From an uncultured virus (IMG/VR IMGVR_UViG_3300010352_001897) (Duplodnaviria > Heunggongvirae > Uroviricota > Caudoviricetes): a DNA stretch of 64,000 nucleotides. A program made the translations under genes and the position numbers. Position 1 is the stretch's first letter; every line of letters starts with the position of its first letter. Shown here in pieces: positions 19,915-28,988 of this stretch. A model generated the notes under the pieces. That model saw only the letters and a program-made list of their open reading frames with translations. It was not told where the DNA came from and made no database searches. The stretch lies in IMG/VR virus record IMGVR_UViG_3300010352_001897; one strand, 5' to 3'.

Positions 19915-20148
19915 CAGTCGTTCGAGAAATACTTACGTTGGATGGAAAGGCTAGTCTTAATGGCTAGTCTTTTTTCGGTAAGGTAGATTTTTGCATTTAG
20001 TATAGAGTCTCTAGTTTGTCAAGAGAGAAATTATCTAGAAAGATTCTACAGTAATCAACAAAAATACTACCTTGACACTATAGACGTTTTTGCATACATT
20101 AGTAATATCCAAAGGGCAATTCAGCCCAACCTCACAGAAGGATCCACA

Positions 20149-20763
20149 ATGCGACAGAATATCACTCAGGACGGACTTGTCAAGCTCTTCGAAAGTCTGG
20201 ATGGAACGGGCCACAAGTACATCTACATCGGGATGCGGACCACTCCCAGCCTCACCAAGAAGCATCGCGTGACAGGAGAATCCTTGGGAGTGGCTCTCAA
20301 TTGCCTCGGCATCGTGAAGGAATCCGAAGGCGTCTACTCCATCGGACTCATTTACGAAAATGCGGTCAACAACAAGCTGGAACGTGAAGGCTTCGAGCGA
20401 AACTTCGAGGTTGGAGAACTGAACTGGGGCAAGTGGGTCCCTGGATCGAAGATCTTTTTGACTCACACCTCCAAGGGCGAAACCGAAGAAAAGCTCTACG
20501 TTCGGCTCTATATGTACACGGACAACAAACTGTGCAAGGAATGTCGGAAAACCGTCTACTACAAGGTTCTCGCCGACGGGTCCGAAGTGGAAATGTCCCC
20601 TACCGAACTGGAAACCGCAAAGGGCTTTTTGCCCATCGAAAAGGAAAAGGAAGCACTGGTCGAAGGTGCCTCCCTGGATGCGGCCAAGCCCATCGTGAAC
20701 AGTGTCAAGGTGGAGAACTTCACCTATGTCAAAATCGGTGGAGTGGAATACACTGTGAAGTAA
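20149..20763 (+). CDS. hypothetical early protein
   Basis: promoter, AAGGA SD, GC3-biased codons. Confidence 0.8.
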   Translation: MRQNITQDGLVKLFESLDGTGHKYIYIGMRTTPSLTKKHRVTGESLGVALNCLGIVKESEGVYSIGLIYENAVNNKLEREGFERNFEVGELNWGKWVPGSKIFLTHTSKGETEEKLYVRLYMYTDNKLCKECRKTVYYKVLADGSEVEMSPTELETAKGFLPIEKEKEALVEGASLDAAKPIVNSVKVENFTYVKIGGVEYTVK

Positions 20764-20847
20764 TCCGCCTCACAAAAATACTTAAAACCCTACCTTTACA
20801 ATGTGGGGTTTTTTGTTTACATTGGAGGTGAAGGAGTAAATACATAC

Positions 20848-21054
20848 ATGGAAAAGAAAACCAAAATCCAGAAGATGCGAATTCCGTTGCCAAAGCAACG
20901 ATGTCAAGCATTCAAAGATCGTACCAAGTACGATAGAAAAGAGTCAAAGAAGGGTGACCGCAACAGTCATCCTTCTTTTTTTGTCCATAATTTTCAATTT
21001 AGTATAGACTCTCCAATCTGTCAAGAGAGAAAACGTCTAGAATTTTCTACTTGA
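20848..21054 (+). CDS. small basic ArfA-like protein; intrinsic terminator lies inside the CDS
   Basis: AAGGAG SD; RIPLPKQR..FKDRTKYDRK; terminator 20948-20982 precedes the stop. Confidence 0.5.
   Translation: MEKKTKIQKMRIPLPKQRCQAFKDRTKYDRKESKKGDRNSHPSFFVHNFQFSIDSPICQERKRLEFST
20948..20982 (+). terminator. intrinsic terminator within ArfA-like CDS
   Basis: AAGAAGGGTGAC-loop-GTCATCCTTCTT plus T-tract. Confidence 0.85.
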
Positions 21055-21098
21055 CATTTAACTATTAGAAAGTATTCTTACACACAGAGGAGGTGCTT

Positions 21099-21455
21099 AT
21101 GGCTGAATGGGAAGGAACCGAAGCAGAATCGTTCTCTGAAATGGTTGAATGCTTTGAGGAGGTTTATTATGATGAAGATGGTGAAGTAGATGAAGCCTAT
21201 GACAGTCGTGGACGTTGCAAGGGGTCTAATGGGATCCGAGTACTTTCTACGGAAAGGATTGATCTTCTTAAGGGTCGCTATGAGAAGGCAAAATCGGCCT
21301 CCGTCAAAGACACGATCCACTGTCCTACCTGCAACAAGCCCCATGTAAAGACAACCTACCATAAGATCTTTTGCGGGAAGGTGAAGTGTAAAGATACTTA
21401 CTGGAATACTGTAGATGATGTCAGAAGAGATCGAGCCAAGAAATATAAAAAATAA
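21099..21455 (+). CDS. zinc-finger hypothetical protein
   Basis: GGAGGT SD; CPTC and FCGKVKC. Confidence 0.75.
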   Translation: MAEWEGTEAESFSEMVECFEEVYYDEDGEVDEAYDSRGRCKGSNGIRVLSTERIDLLKGRYEKAKSASVKDTIHCPTCNKPHVKTTYHKIFCGKVKCKDTYWNTVDDVRRDRAKKYKK

Positions 21456-21525
21456 TCATTTTAGTACCTTGACAGAATAGTCTGTTTCACTTACATTAAG
21501 AGTACACCACTAGAAAGGTTGAACA

Positions 21526-21693
21526 ATGGATGCCCACAAACAGGCGCTTCACAATATGCTGGAAGGTCCTGGAGGATTCAAATGTCCCTGTTGCTGGCCA
21601 TATCATGGCAAGAAGGGAAAGAAAATTACCTCCAAGTTGATTCGCTCTCGCCTCAAGCACTCTTTCAAAAAGAGTCTCAAGGAAGTGGAATGA
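21526..21693 (+). CDS. small basic protein (55 aa, GPGGFKCPCC motif)
   Basis: promoter, AAGGT SD; below ORF-track cutoff. Confidence 0.65.
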   Translation: MDAHKQALHNMLEGPGGFKCPCCWPYHGKKGKKITSKLIRSRLKHSFKKSLKEVE

Positions 21694-21696
21694 ATT

Positions 21697-21930
21697 ATGG
21701 TCGGGTGTTTTAATAACTCTCCTGAGGATCAACATTTCCAGAATCAATTGGAATCCTATTTGGATTCTTGCGAGCATCATCCTAGATGCCCCTGCAATGA
21801 GGATTATGAGGGAGAACGGGAATACGATGAAGATGGCCAAGTGATTGAACCTGAATGTACTTGCGACTCCGAAAGGGAATCTGATTTTTGCGATGCACAG
21901 TTGGACCGATTAGATTTCATTGGGGACTGA
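21697..21930 (+). CDS. small acidic Cys-rich protein
   Basis: 77-aa ORF in operon. Confidence 0.55.
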   Translation: MVGCFNNSPEDQHFQNQLESYLDSCEHHPRCPCNEDYEGEREYDEDGQVIEPECTCDSERESDFCDAQLDRLDFIGD

Positions 21931-21940
21931 GGGAATTAAT

Positions 21941-22183
21941 ATGAAAGTTTTCAAAAAAGAAAAATACCAACTTGTTTATTTGGAGGTGACTGCGAAGACC
22001 TCGGGAATGAATATTCACGATGTATGTGGAATCTGTGGAAGAATCCTTAATAGAGGGTTTAATGCAAACAGTCCTCTATTAAATCCTAAAGAAAGAGAAA
22101 ATATCATATTCCGAATTGAAGGGGATATTATTGCATTGAATAGATATGGATTTAACTACACCTTGGACGATTTTTTCGTCTGA
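21941..22183 (+). CDS. hypothetical protein
   Basis: GAGGG SD before MKVFKK. Confidence 0.65.
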   Translation: MKVFKKEKYQLVYLEVTAKTSGMNIHDVCGICGRILNRGFNANSPLLNPKERENIIFRIEGDIIALNRYGFNYTLDDFFV

Positions 22184-22297
22184 GTTTTTACTAGTTTGTA
22201 ATGTGTAATTTAGTATAGAGAGTCCAATCTGTCAAGGGAGAAAACGTCTAGAATTTTCTACCTTGACGGCCTTCGATTTTCGGCTTACATTAATCAT

Positions 22298-22708
22298 ACC
22301 ACGGAGAACAGAAGGTTGCAAACTTCCAAGTATCACTCAGAAAGTCGAGAGTCTGAGGGTGGGAAGGATGTATTGTCTATTTGGCTGGACAGGCCCCTTT
22401 CAGCGGGGCCGGGAGTGGGTTCGATCCCCATAGCATCTGATCTATCGAGTCCTGTAATTTGCTGAGGTTTTAATCCTCACTCGTTTAGAAAAATGTACTG
22501 TACCGACGATCAATTTAGGTTGATCCGATCAAATCCGACCATTGGGTTAGTTAAGGAGTGTCATTCGGTGGACATTCCCCAAAAGTACTCGCCCCTAGAA
22601 CTAACACTGCCGGGATTTGGCGAAAGGCAGGACGAACGAAAGTTCTGTAAAAATCCTCCCAATATCGTTGGACTAAGAAGCCCTTCGGAGAAATCCGGAG
22701 GGTTTTTT
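22298..22708 (+). ncRNA. putative structured ncRNA cassette G (~410 nt) containing a tRNA-like domain
   Basis: promoter from 22263, hairpins incl. GAAC-GAAA-GTTC, terminator 22678-22708. Confidence 0.6.
22366..22439 (+). tRNA. atypical tRNA-like element (Glu-like body, enlarged anticodon arm)
   Basis: D-stem GTCT/GGAC, GGCCCC-TTTCAGC-GGGGCC, T-arm GTGGG-TTCGATC-CCCAT, imperfect acceptor stem, no CCA. Confidence 0.55.
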
Positions 22709-22798
22709 GTTTGTTGAAAAATACTACCTTGACACTATAGACGTTTTTGCATACATTAAGAATATGAGGAATGTTCCTCTAAGACAAGGAGAAAGCAA

Positions 22799-23113
22799 AT
22801 GTCCAAGATCATCGAAGCTCCCAAGACCATGGTTGGAACTGCCAAGAAGAAGGGATTCCCTGTTCGCTGGAACATGCCCAATGGCCTCCACGGCTTGGTC
22901 TGGCCTTCGGGACAGGTCACTCCCTACGCTCTGGAGCGCGAACGCGATGCGGCCTTGGATGGCTTCAAGGGCATGAAGGCTCCCGTGGTGGCCATCCATG
23001 AACGTGAAGAGTCCTACAGGATCGCTCGCGTCCATCGTCACCAGGAGATTCTCCCTCAGGTGGCTTCCATTGTCCGCAAGGTCCTCAGCGGGAAGATCTG
23101 GGATCGCAAGTAA
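22799..23113 (+). CDS. hypothetical early protein
   Basis: promoter, leader hairpin, AAGGAG SD. Confidence 0.8.
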   Translation: MSKIIEAPKTMVGTAKKKGFPVRWNMPNGLHGLVWPSGQVTPYALERERDAALDGFKGMKAPVVAIHEREESYRIARVHRHQEILPQVASIVRKVLSGKIWDRK

Positions 23114-23155
23114 TCTCAAGGCTCTTTCAAACGAGCCCTCAGGGATCCCTGAGGG

Positions 23156-24558
23156 TTCGTAGCTGCTTCAATAAATCTACGCAAAACTAGGCAAACCTGA
23201 GCAAAACTACTTGGCATTTTTAATAGAAATATCTAATAAATATTAATAGTAATGGAAAAGATGCGTAGTTATAGGCTTGAGCTAAAGCTCAATCAAAGTC
23301 AAAGGATTCTTTGCGCTAAGAGTGCAGGAACTTCTCGCTTTGCCTATAATTGGAAACTACGCAATCTCATTGAAAAATACGAAAAAGCTAAAACAGAAGC
23401 AAATGGAAGTAAGGTCAAATGTAACTTTGGCAATGCGATAGCATGGCACAAAGATTGGGTAAATCTCAAGGCTGAACTTCCTTGGATTCGTGAAACATCA
23501 AAGTGCTGTGGGCAAGAGTCGCTACGCGACTTGCAGATAGCATTTCAGCGATTCTTCTCAAAGAAGTCAGGTTATCCCAAGTTCAAGAAACGTGGACAAA
23601 GAGATTCATTTAGGCTGACAGGTTCAGTTTACATCGCATCTGACTATGTTCAACTTCCAAATTTAGAAAAGATTAGACTCAAGGAAAAGAACTACTCGAT
23701 TATTGAAGGTAAATGCTTGCTTTCACAAGCAACAGTTTCAAGACAGTGTGATAGATGGTATGTTTCATTTCTTCTACCAGAAACAGTAGAAGACCCTAAA
23801 TTTGCCACCTTGAATGAAATTGAAGAATCCAATATTCTAGGTGTTGACTTAGGTATCAAAGAGTTAGTAATCACCAGTGAAGGTGAGACATTCGAGAATC
23901 CTAAAGCATACAAGAAACATTTGGTGAAACTCAAAAGGTATCAAAGAATGGTTTCTCGTAGAGTTATAGGAAGTAATAACAAGAAGAAAGCAATAACTAA
24001 GTTGTCGCGAGTACATAAGCGAGTTGCGGACATCCGCAATGACACTGTGCATAAACTGACAAGTTCTTTGGTGAAAGCCAAACCAAAGATTATAGTTATT
24101 GAAACCTTAAAGCCAAAGAACATGTCCAAGAATCATAAACTGGCTTCCGCTGTCTTAGATTCTTCCTTTGGTAAGATTAAGGATACTTTAAAATATAAGT
24201 GTAGTTGGACAGGAATCCATTTAATCATGGCTCCAACCTTTTACGCTTCTTCTAAGTATTGTTCAAACTGTGGACATAAACATAATGAATTAAAACTGTC
24301 AGATAGAGAATGGACTTGTAGCTCTTGTGGAACACATCTTGATAGAGATGTGAATGCCGCAAAGAACTTACAATATCTAGGTCTTTGGATGATAGACAAA
24401 CATTCACCTTCGGGTGAATCTAGCGTGAGTTCCACGCAAAGTTACGCTTGTGGAGATGAAAGGTTACAGTTCCTTTTGGAACAGTGTTCGTCTATGAAAC
24501 AAGAATTCAAATCACAAAATAATGTCTTGCATAGTTTTGCATAGATTTGTTAGAACGG
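23156..24558 (+). mobile_element. non-autonomous IS607-like element (tnpB only), copy 1
   Basis: left end GG|TTCGTAGCTGC and right end GATTTGTTAGAACGG| shared with 45084-46526; subterminal GCAAAACTA/TAGTTTTGC repeats; no tnpA. Confidence 0.85.
23252..24544 (+). CDS. tnpB: RNA-guided endonuclease TnpB
   Basis: HTH RFAYNW, RuvC GVDLG / VIETL / DRDVNAA intact, CSNC-CSSC zinc finger. Confidence 0.95.
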   Translation: MEKMRSYRLELKLNQSQRILCAKSAGTSRFAYNWKLRNLIEKYEKAKTEANGSKVKCNFGNAIAWHKDWVNLKAELPWIRETSKCCGQESLRDLQIAFQRFFSKKSGYPKFKKRGQRDSFRLTGSVYIASDYVQLPNLEKIRLKEKNYSIIEGKCLLSQATVSRQCDRWYVSFLLPETVEDPKFATLNEIEESNILGVDLGIKELVITSEGETFENPKAYKKHLVKLKRYQRMVSRRVIGSNNKKKAITKLSRVHKRVADIRNDTVHKLTSSLVKAKPKIIVIETLKPKNMSKNHKLASAVLDSSFGKIKDTLKYKCSWTGIHLIMAPTFYASSKYCSNCGHKHNELKLSDREWTCSSCGTHLDRDVNAAKNLQYLGLWMIDKHSPSGESSVSSTQSYACGDERLQFLLEQCSSMKQEFKSQNNVLHSFA

Positions 24559-24742
24559 TTCAATTTTCAATTTGCAAATTGCGAATTTAGTATATAGAGT
24601 TTGATCTGTCAAGGGAGAAAACGTCTAGAATTTCCTACCTTGACAATATCTTCTTTTCAGCATACATTGATATTGTCAAGAGGACATAGAGCCTCTTCCA
24701 AAAACCCAACCAAACAAACGTCAAATAGAAAGGAGAGACGAA

Positions 24743-24913
24743 ATGTCCGGATTTGTTCCTTCCCTTTTCCTACTCGTCTCTTGCTTCTGGCTCTTGCCAT
24801 GTTTGACGAGGAAGGTCATTGCTTGGAGACTTCCAACCTGGAAGATCGGCAATGTGGTGGGTTCATGTGCCAAGTCTGCCTTCGGATTCCTATTTGACCC
24901 TCCATTCTTTTAG
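24743..24913 (+). CDS. small hydrophobic protein (56 aa)
   Basis: promoter, AAGGAG SD; uncertain, could be part of another ncRNA unit. Confidence 0.4.
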   Translation: MSGFVPSLFLLVSCFWLLPCLTRKVIAWRLPTWKIGNVVGSCAKSAFGFLFDPPFF

Positions 24914-25323
24914 CTGGGCCAGTAGGTCTTTCCCTTTTGAACTGCTTGGATAGCATACCAAGAAAGGCGGGGCGGAAAAATGAAATCGCGAGATCCCCCG
25001 AGAGAGTAAACGGCAAGTGTTCTACCATGAGGCGAAAAAAGATGGGCAAGTTATCAACGCCAAGAGTTTCCATCTTCTATTGGCAAAACCTACCTCGATT
25101 TTAAGACCTCCCATGAGGGTTCAGATCAAGAAGGGCTAAGGTACGCCATGAAGACACACAACAGGGATGGTCCCTAAACAACCCTATGCAGGGAGCTAGG
25201 CTCCCACGAAATTTTCAATGAAGGTCCACTAGATGGTGTCTAGTGGATTTTTCTGTTTTGTACCTTGACACAATAGACGTTTTCACTTACATTAGTAATA
25301 CACCACTAACCAAGGGAATAAGA

Positions 25324-25740
25324 ATGCTCCTGCCAATGCTTCAACAGAAGATCCTTGACAAGAAGAATCGGGACAAGTGTCTGTACGTTCCAGGAATTTT
25401 CCCCTTGTATATGAATTTCAATAGCGAAACGAAAAAGTATTACTTCAGCCCTGAGATTGACGAAACGTCTCAAGATGTAATTGCCATTCCGAATCTCGAA
25501 CAATTCAACAGCCTTAAAATGACGGATTTGCAGTTTTCTGATTCCTCGGATATTCATGTATATACCTCCGACTATGGGATTAGTCTGGCCTTTCGTAATC
25601 TCTATGATGACAAAAAACCTTCCCATCGTATCCTTAAGCAAACTTACAACGACAGATTAGTACAACTTCACCTCACTGCTAACTTCAACGTCAATTCCTC
25701 GATCTGGAAAAAGATCGCAACTAATTGGAAGTCTTGGTAA
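25324..25740 (+). CDS. hypothetical early protein
   Basis: promoter, AAGGGA SD before MLLPML. Confidence 0.7.
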   Translation: MLLPMLQQKILDKKNRDKCLYVPGIFPLYMNFNSETKKYYFSPEIDETSQDVIAIPNLEQFNSLKMTDLQFSDSSDIHVYTSDYGISLAFRNLYDDKKPSHRILKQTYNDRLVQLHLTANFNVNSSIWKKIATNWKSW

Positions 25741-25815
25741 TAGTACCTTGACAGATTAGTCTGTTTCACTTACATTGATAGTATGAGGAATGTTCCTCTA
25801 CACTAGGAGATAACA

Positions 25816-26142
25816 ATGCGACAGACTGAAATGGGACCCTCAAACATTTCTGGAATCTTCCTTGGAAATCGCACCTCTTTGGTTCGGGCATTTCCAGATT
25901 GCAAAGTCATCTTCCATAAGAACTACCACTATGTTTCTGGCTTTGTCGGGTTTCCGTCTGGTAAGTGGGTGTACTTTTGTTCCTTCGATGATCGCTATGG
26001 GGATTTCAAATATTACGCACGAACAGCGACCAACGAAAAGGACTTCAATGGTGGTCGAAACCATCCAACCCGTAGCAACAAGAAAGAAGAATTGTTTGCT
26101 CTTATCAAGGAACTTTCAACCCAACATCATCGCCCCACTTGA
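25816..26142 (+). CDS. conserved phage hypothetical protein
   Basis: promoter, leader hairpin, AGGAG SD; HYVSGF..VYF..RTA..KDF.GGRN. Confidence 0.8.
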   Translation: MRQTEMGPSNISGIFLGNRTSLVRAFPDCKVIFHKNYHYVSGFVGFPSGKWVYFCSFDDRYGDFKYYARTATNEKDFNGGRNHPTRSNKKEELFALIKELSTQHHRPT

Positions 26143-26280
26143 GTGAGTGAGTGAGTGATCAATCTCTCACTGAGTGAGTGTCTATTCAGGACTTCGATGT
26201 CCTGATTGTTCTGGATCTAGATGTCCGGAATAATCAGGACCTCTTTGTCTCTAATGTAAAGGAATTGAAATTTTTATCAA
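26140..26280. repeat. (GAGT)n plus three GGAY-N6-GTCY boxes plus antisense TTGATA-N16-TACATT, copy 2
   Basis: same architecture as 18752-18875. Confidence 0.75.
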
Positions 26281-26443
26281 AGTAGTATTTTCATTTAGTA
26301 TAGAGACTCTGATCTGTCAAGGGAGAAAATTTCTAAAACAATTTCCAGTATTTTTGCCTAACTCCCTTGACAGTTAAGATCCTACACTGTAACTTTCTCT
26401 AAGACATAAGGGAATGTTCCCTAGTCAAAATGGAGTCGAGACA

Positions 26444-27004
26444 ATGAACATTGCAAAAGATCTTTCCGACGTTGCGGCACGTTTGAAGTGTCCGGAAGTC
26501 AAGGATAAACAAACTGTGGAAATTGTCTGTAGATTGGTCACTCGTTTTGATCGGTTGGAAACGTCCGAAGCCTATTCCCTCATTCTGGAACAGATTCCGG
26601 GTGCGATCAATCGTTGGAAACAAGGGCTTGCTCACAATCTTTCTTCCGCCCTATGGTCGTCAGGAAGATTCGCCCTCCTGAATGCTTGCACCACCCTGAG
26701 AAATTATCGGCAAAAGACAGAAGGTACTTTTTCCCTTGATGCTTCCACGGATGAAACTTCCAACCTACACGAAACAATCGCGGGAAAATTGGAAACGATT
26801 GATTGGAAAAATGCTTTTGATTTCGTTTTCATTAATGCGGGATTCACTGATCGCGAAAAACAAATCTTTCTCGGATTGAAAGACGGAAAGACTTTGGAAC
26901 AACTGGGGAATGAATTCGGTGTTTCTCGTCAAGCGATCCACACTACCAAAACGGCAATCGAAACCAAAACCAAACGAATCAAAAGTTTGGTATTGGGAAT
27001 GTAA
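26444..27004 (+). CDS. small sigma-factor-like protein with region-4 HTH
   Basis: FSLDA..NLHETI, FTDREKQIF..GKTLEQLGNEFGVSRQAI; GGAG SD. Confidence 0.75.
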   Translation: MNIAKDLSDVAARLKCPEVKDKQTVEIVCRLVTRFDRLETSEAYSLILEQIPGAINRWKQGLAHNLSSALWSSGRFALLNACTTLRNYRQKTEGTFSLDASTDETSNLHETIAGKLETIDWKNAFDFVFINAGFTDREKQIFLGLKDGKTLEQLGNEFGVSRQAIHTTKTAIETKTKRIKSLVLGM

Positions 27005-27223
27005 TCAATTGGGATTATCAATTAATCCCTTTTTCAGTATTAAAAAAGGATCTATAGGTCCTTTTTTGTTTCCTACAATATCCTTGCATTTAGTATAGAC
27101 TCTTCGATCTGTCAAGGGAGAAAATTTCTAAAACTATTTTAAGATTGTCCCTTGAAACTTAGAACACTCAAACGTATCTTCATTACAGACATAAGGCAAT
27201 GTTGCCTAAACATAGAGGATCAA

Positions 27224-27412
27224 ATGAAGTCACCAATTAAGGCTGAAAATATCGACTTCGGAGATAAGTTCAGGGTGATTGATTCAAAGTATATCAATCA
27301 CTTTGGATTGATTGGTGTGGCTTCTGGCATAATTTTCGACAATGCAGTCCGCTTGAAGTTTCCAAATGGGGATGAATTCAAGTTCTATTTTACCGAAATC
27401 GAAAGGGTCTAA
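27224..27412 (+). CDS. small KOW/SH3-like protein
   Basis: GAGG SD; GDKFRVID..GLIGV. Confidence 0.65.
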   Translation: MKSPIKAENIDFGDKFRVIDSKYINHFGLIGVASGIIFDNAVRLKFPNGDEFKFYFTEIERV

Positions 27413-27607
27413 TATGAAAGAGGGAGCATTCCCTCTTTTTTTGTAGGTATTAAAAGACATTTAGTATAGACTCTTCGATCTGTCAAGGGAGAAAATTTCT
27501 AAAACTATTTTATGAAAATGTACTTGAACCCTTGACCTTCACTATAGTTAGGCGTATATTTGTTTATGTCGATAGGCAATGTTGCCTAGACAAACGAAAG
27601 TCCTAAT

Positions 27608-27820
27608 ATGTTCGCCCTCACTCTCGCCCTCGCCCTTGACTCTTCGAGTGTTGATACCATCAAGATCCAGGAGCCCTCCAAGGCGATCCGAGCCCAGCGG
27701 GAACTTACCATGCCCAATCGCCACGAAATTGTCTTGAAGGTGGCTCGCTCCGAAAATGCCCCTGAAAATCTGACCACTTGCTATTCCAATCGCTTCGGTT
27801 CTTGCTGGTCGGAGAACTAA
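27608..27820 (+). CDS. small putative exported protein
   Basis: promoter, leader hairpin, hydrophobic N-terminus. Confidence 0.65.
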   Translation: MFALTLALALDSSSVDTIKIQEPSKAIRAQRELTMPNRHEIVLKVARSENAPENLTTCYSNRFGSCWSEN

Positions 27821-27890
27821 AAAGAAAATTCAAAATCTTTAAATAGAGAAGGGAAGGAAACTTCCCTTTTTGTTTTGTTAGTATTGAGTA

Positions 27891-28409
27891 ATGACCAAAA
27901 AGGCAAATACCATTTCATTAAAAGAATTGAAAAAATATTTCTACATCGATGATGAATATAGATTACGTTGGAAAATAAAACCCTCAGCCAAAGTATATAT
28001 TGGAGATTTAGCGGGAGTATTAACGAAACAGAATGGAATACGAATTTATATTAAAGGGAAAAATTACCAAGCCCATAGATTAATATACCAAATGCACCAT
28101 AATCTCGAAACATTAAATGAATTAATTGAGATTGATCATATTGATGTGAATAGGATTAACAATAATCCGAATAATTTAAGAGAATGTACAACGCAACAAA
28201 ATGATTTCAATAGACTGAAATATAAAAATCGTACAACAAATTATAAAGGCGTTTTCAAAAGCAATTCAATTAAAAATCCATTTAGAGCTAGAATATGCCA
28301 TAATGGAGTAAACTATTCACTTGGTTCATTTTCAAATGAATTAGATGCCCACAATGCATATTGCAATAAAGCCAAAGAACTATATGGTGAATTTTGGAAT
28401 CCGGGATAA
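27891..28409 (+). CDS. HNH-AP2 homing endonuclease
   Basis: AHRLIY..IDHIDVNRINNNPNNLR; YKGV..LGSF..AHNAY..LYGEF. Confidence 0.92.
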   Translation: MTKKANTISLKELKKYFYIDDEYRLRWKIKPSAKVYIGDLAGVLTKQNGIRIYIKGKNYQAHRLIYQMHHNLETLNELIEIDHIDVNRINNNPNNLRECTTQQNDFNRLKYKNRTTNYKGVFKSNSIKNPFRARICHNGVNYSLGSFSNELDAHNAYCNKAKELYGEFWNPG

Positions 28410-28561
28410 GTTTAGCATATAGTCTTCGTATTGTCAAGGGAGAAATCTTCTAAAATTATCTTACACGATTACTTGAAACATGTAGATGTTCCTATAATGA
28501 TTTTGTATATTATGTTCAGACTTGAAGGAATGTTTCCTTAAGTCAGATTAGGGATCATCTC

Positions 28562-28783
28562 ATGACAACATATTGCTACCCCAACGCGAAAAGCAAAGCC
28601 GAACTCAAGCGATGGATTGCCGAAGGGAAGTCGGTCAGGTTCGTGCCTCAGGGGATGGGACCTGCCATCGGGCCAAACTTCACTGGAAAGATTCTGGACC
28701 TCATGGGACCGCACTATCCCGCTCCCCACAAGTGGTACGCAAACGTGGAACTGGTGGATGGAAAGGTGGTCAAGATTTCCTAG
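28562..28783 (+). CDS. conserved phage hypothetical protein
   Basis: leader hairpin, SD, terminator; GPHYPAPHKWYA. Confidence 0.75.
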   Translation: MTTYCYPNAKSKAELKRWIAEGKSVRFVPQGMGPAIGPNFTGKILDLMGPHYPAPHKWYANVELVDGKVVKIS

Positions 28784-28988
28784 CCCACATACACAAAAGC
28801 CCTCACAATTGAGGGTTTTTGTTTGTGTTGATTAGTACGACATTTAGTATAGACTCTCCAATCTGTCAAGGGAGAAAATGTCTAGAATTATTTTTAAGAA
28901 AATCTACTCAACATCTTGACCTTCACTGTAGTTAAATGTATACTTGTTTATGTCAGCGGGCAATGTTGCCCAGACAAGGAAACCAACC

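Noticed and set aside
22493..22717. 74-aa ORF inside cassette G
   Set aside because: No SD, starts ~200 nt into a structured transcript, runs through the terminator and has no recognisable motif; treated as non-coding, though not excluded.
23156..23251. tnpB elements as IStrons (group I intron-IS hybrids)
   Set aside because: Left ends are only ~100 bp with no P/Q/R/S intron core.
24601..24897. ORFs starting within the 46-bp element or promoters (e.g. 24601, 20803, 25243, 27152 starts)
   Set aside because: Starts lie upstream of the predicted TSS; downstream SD-led ATGs were used instead.
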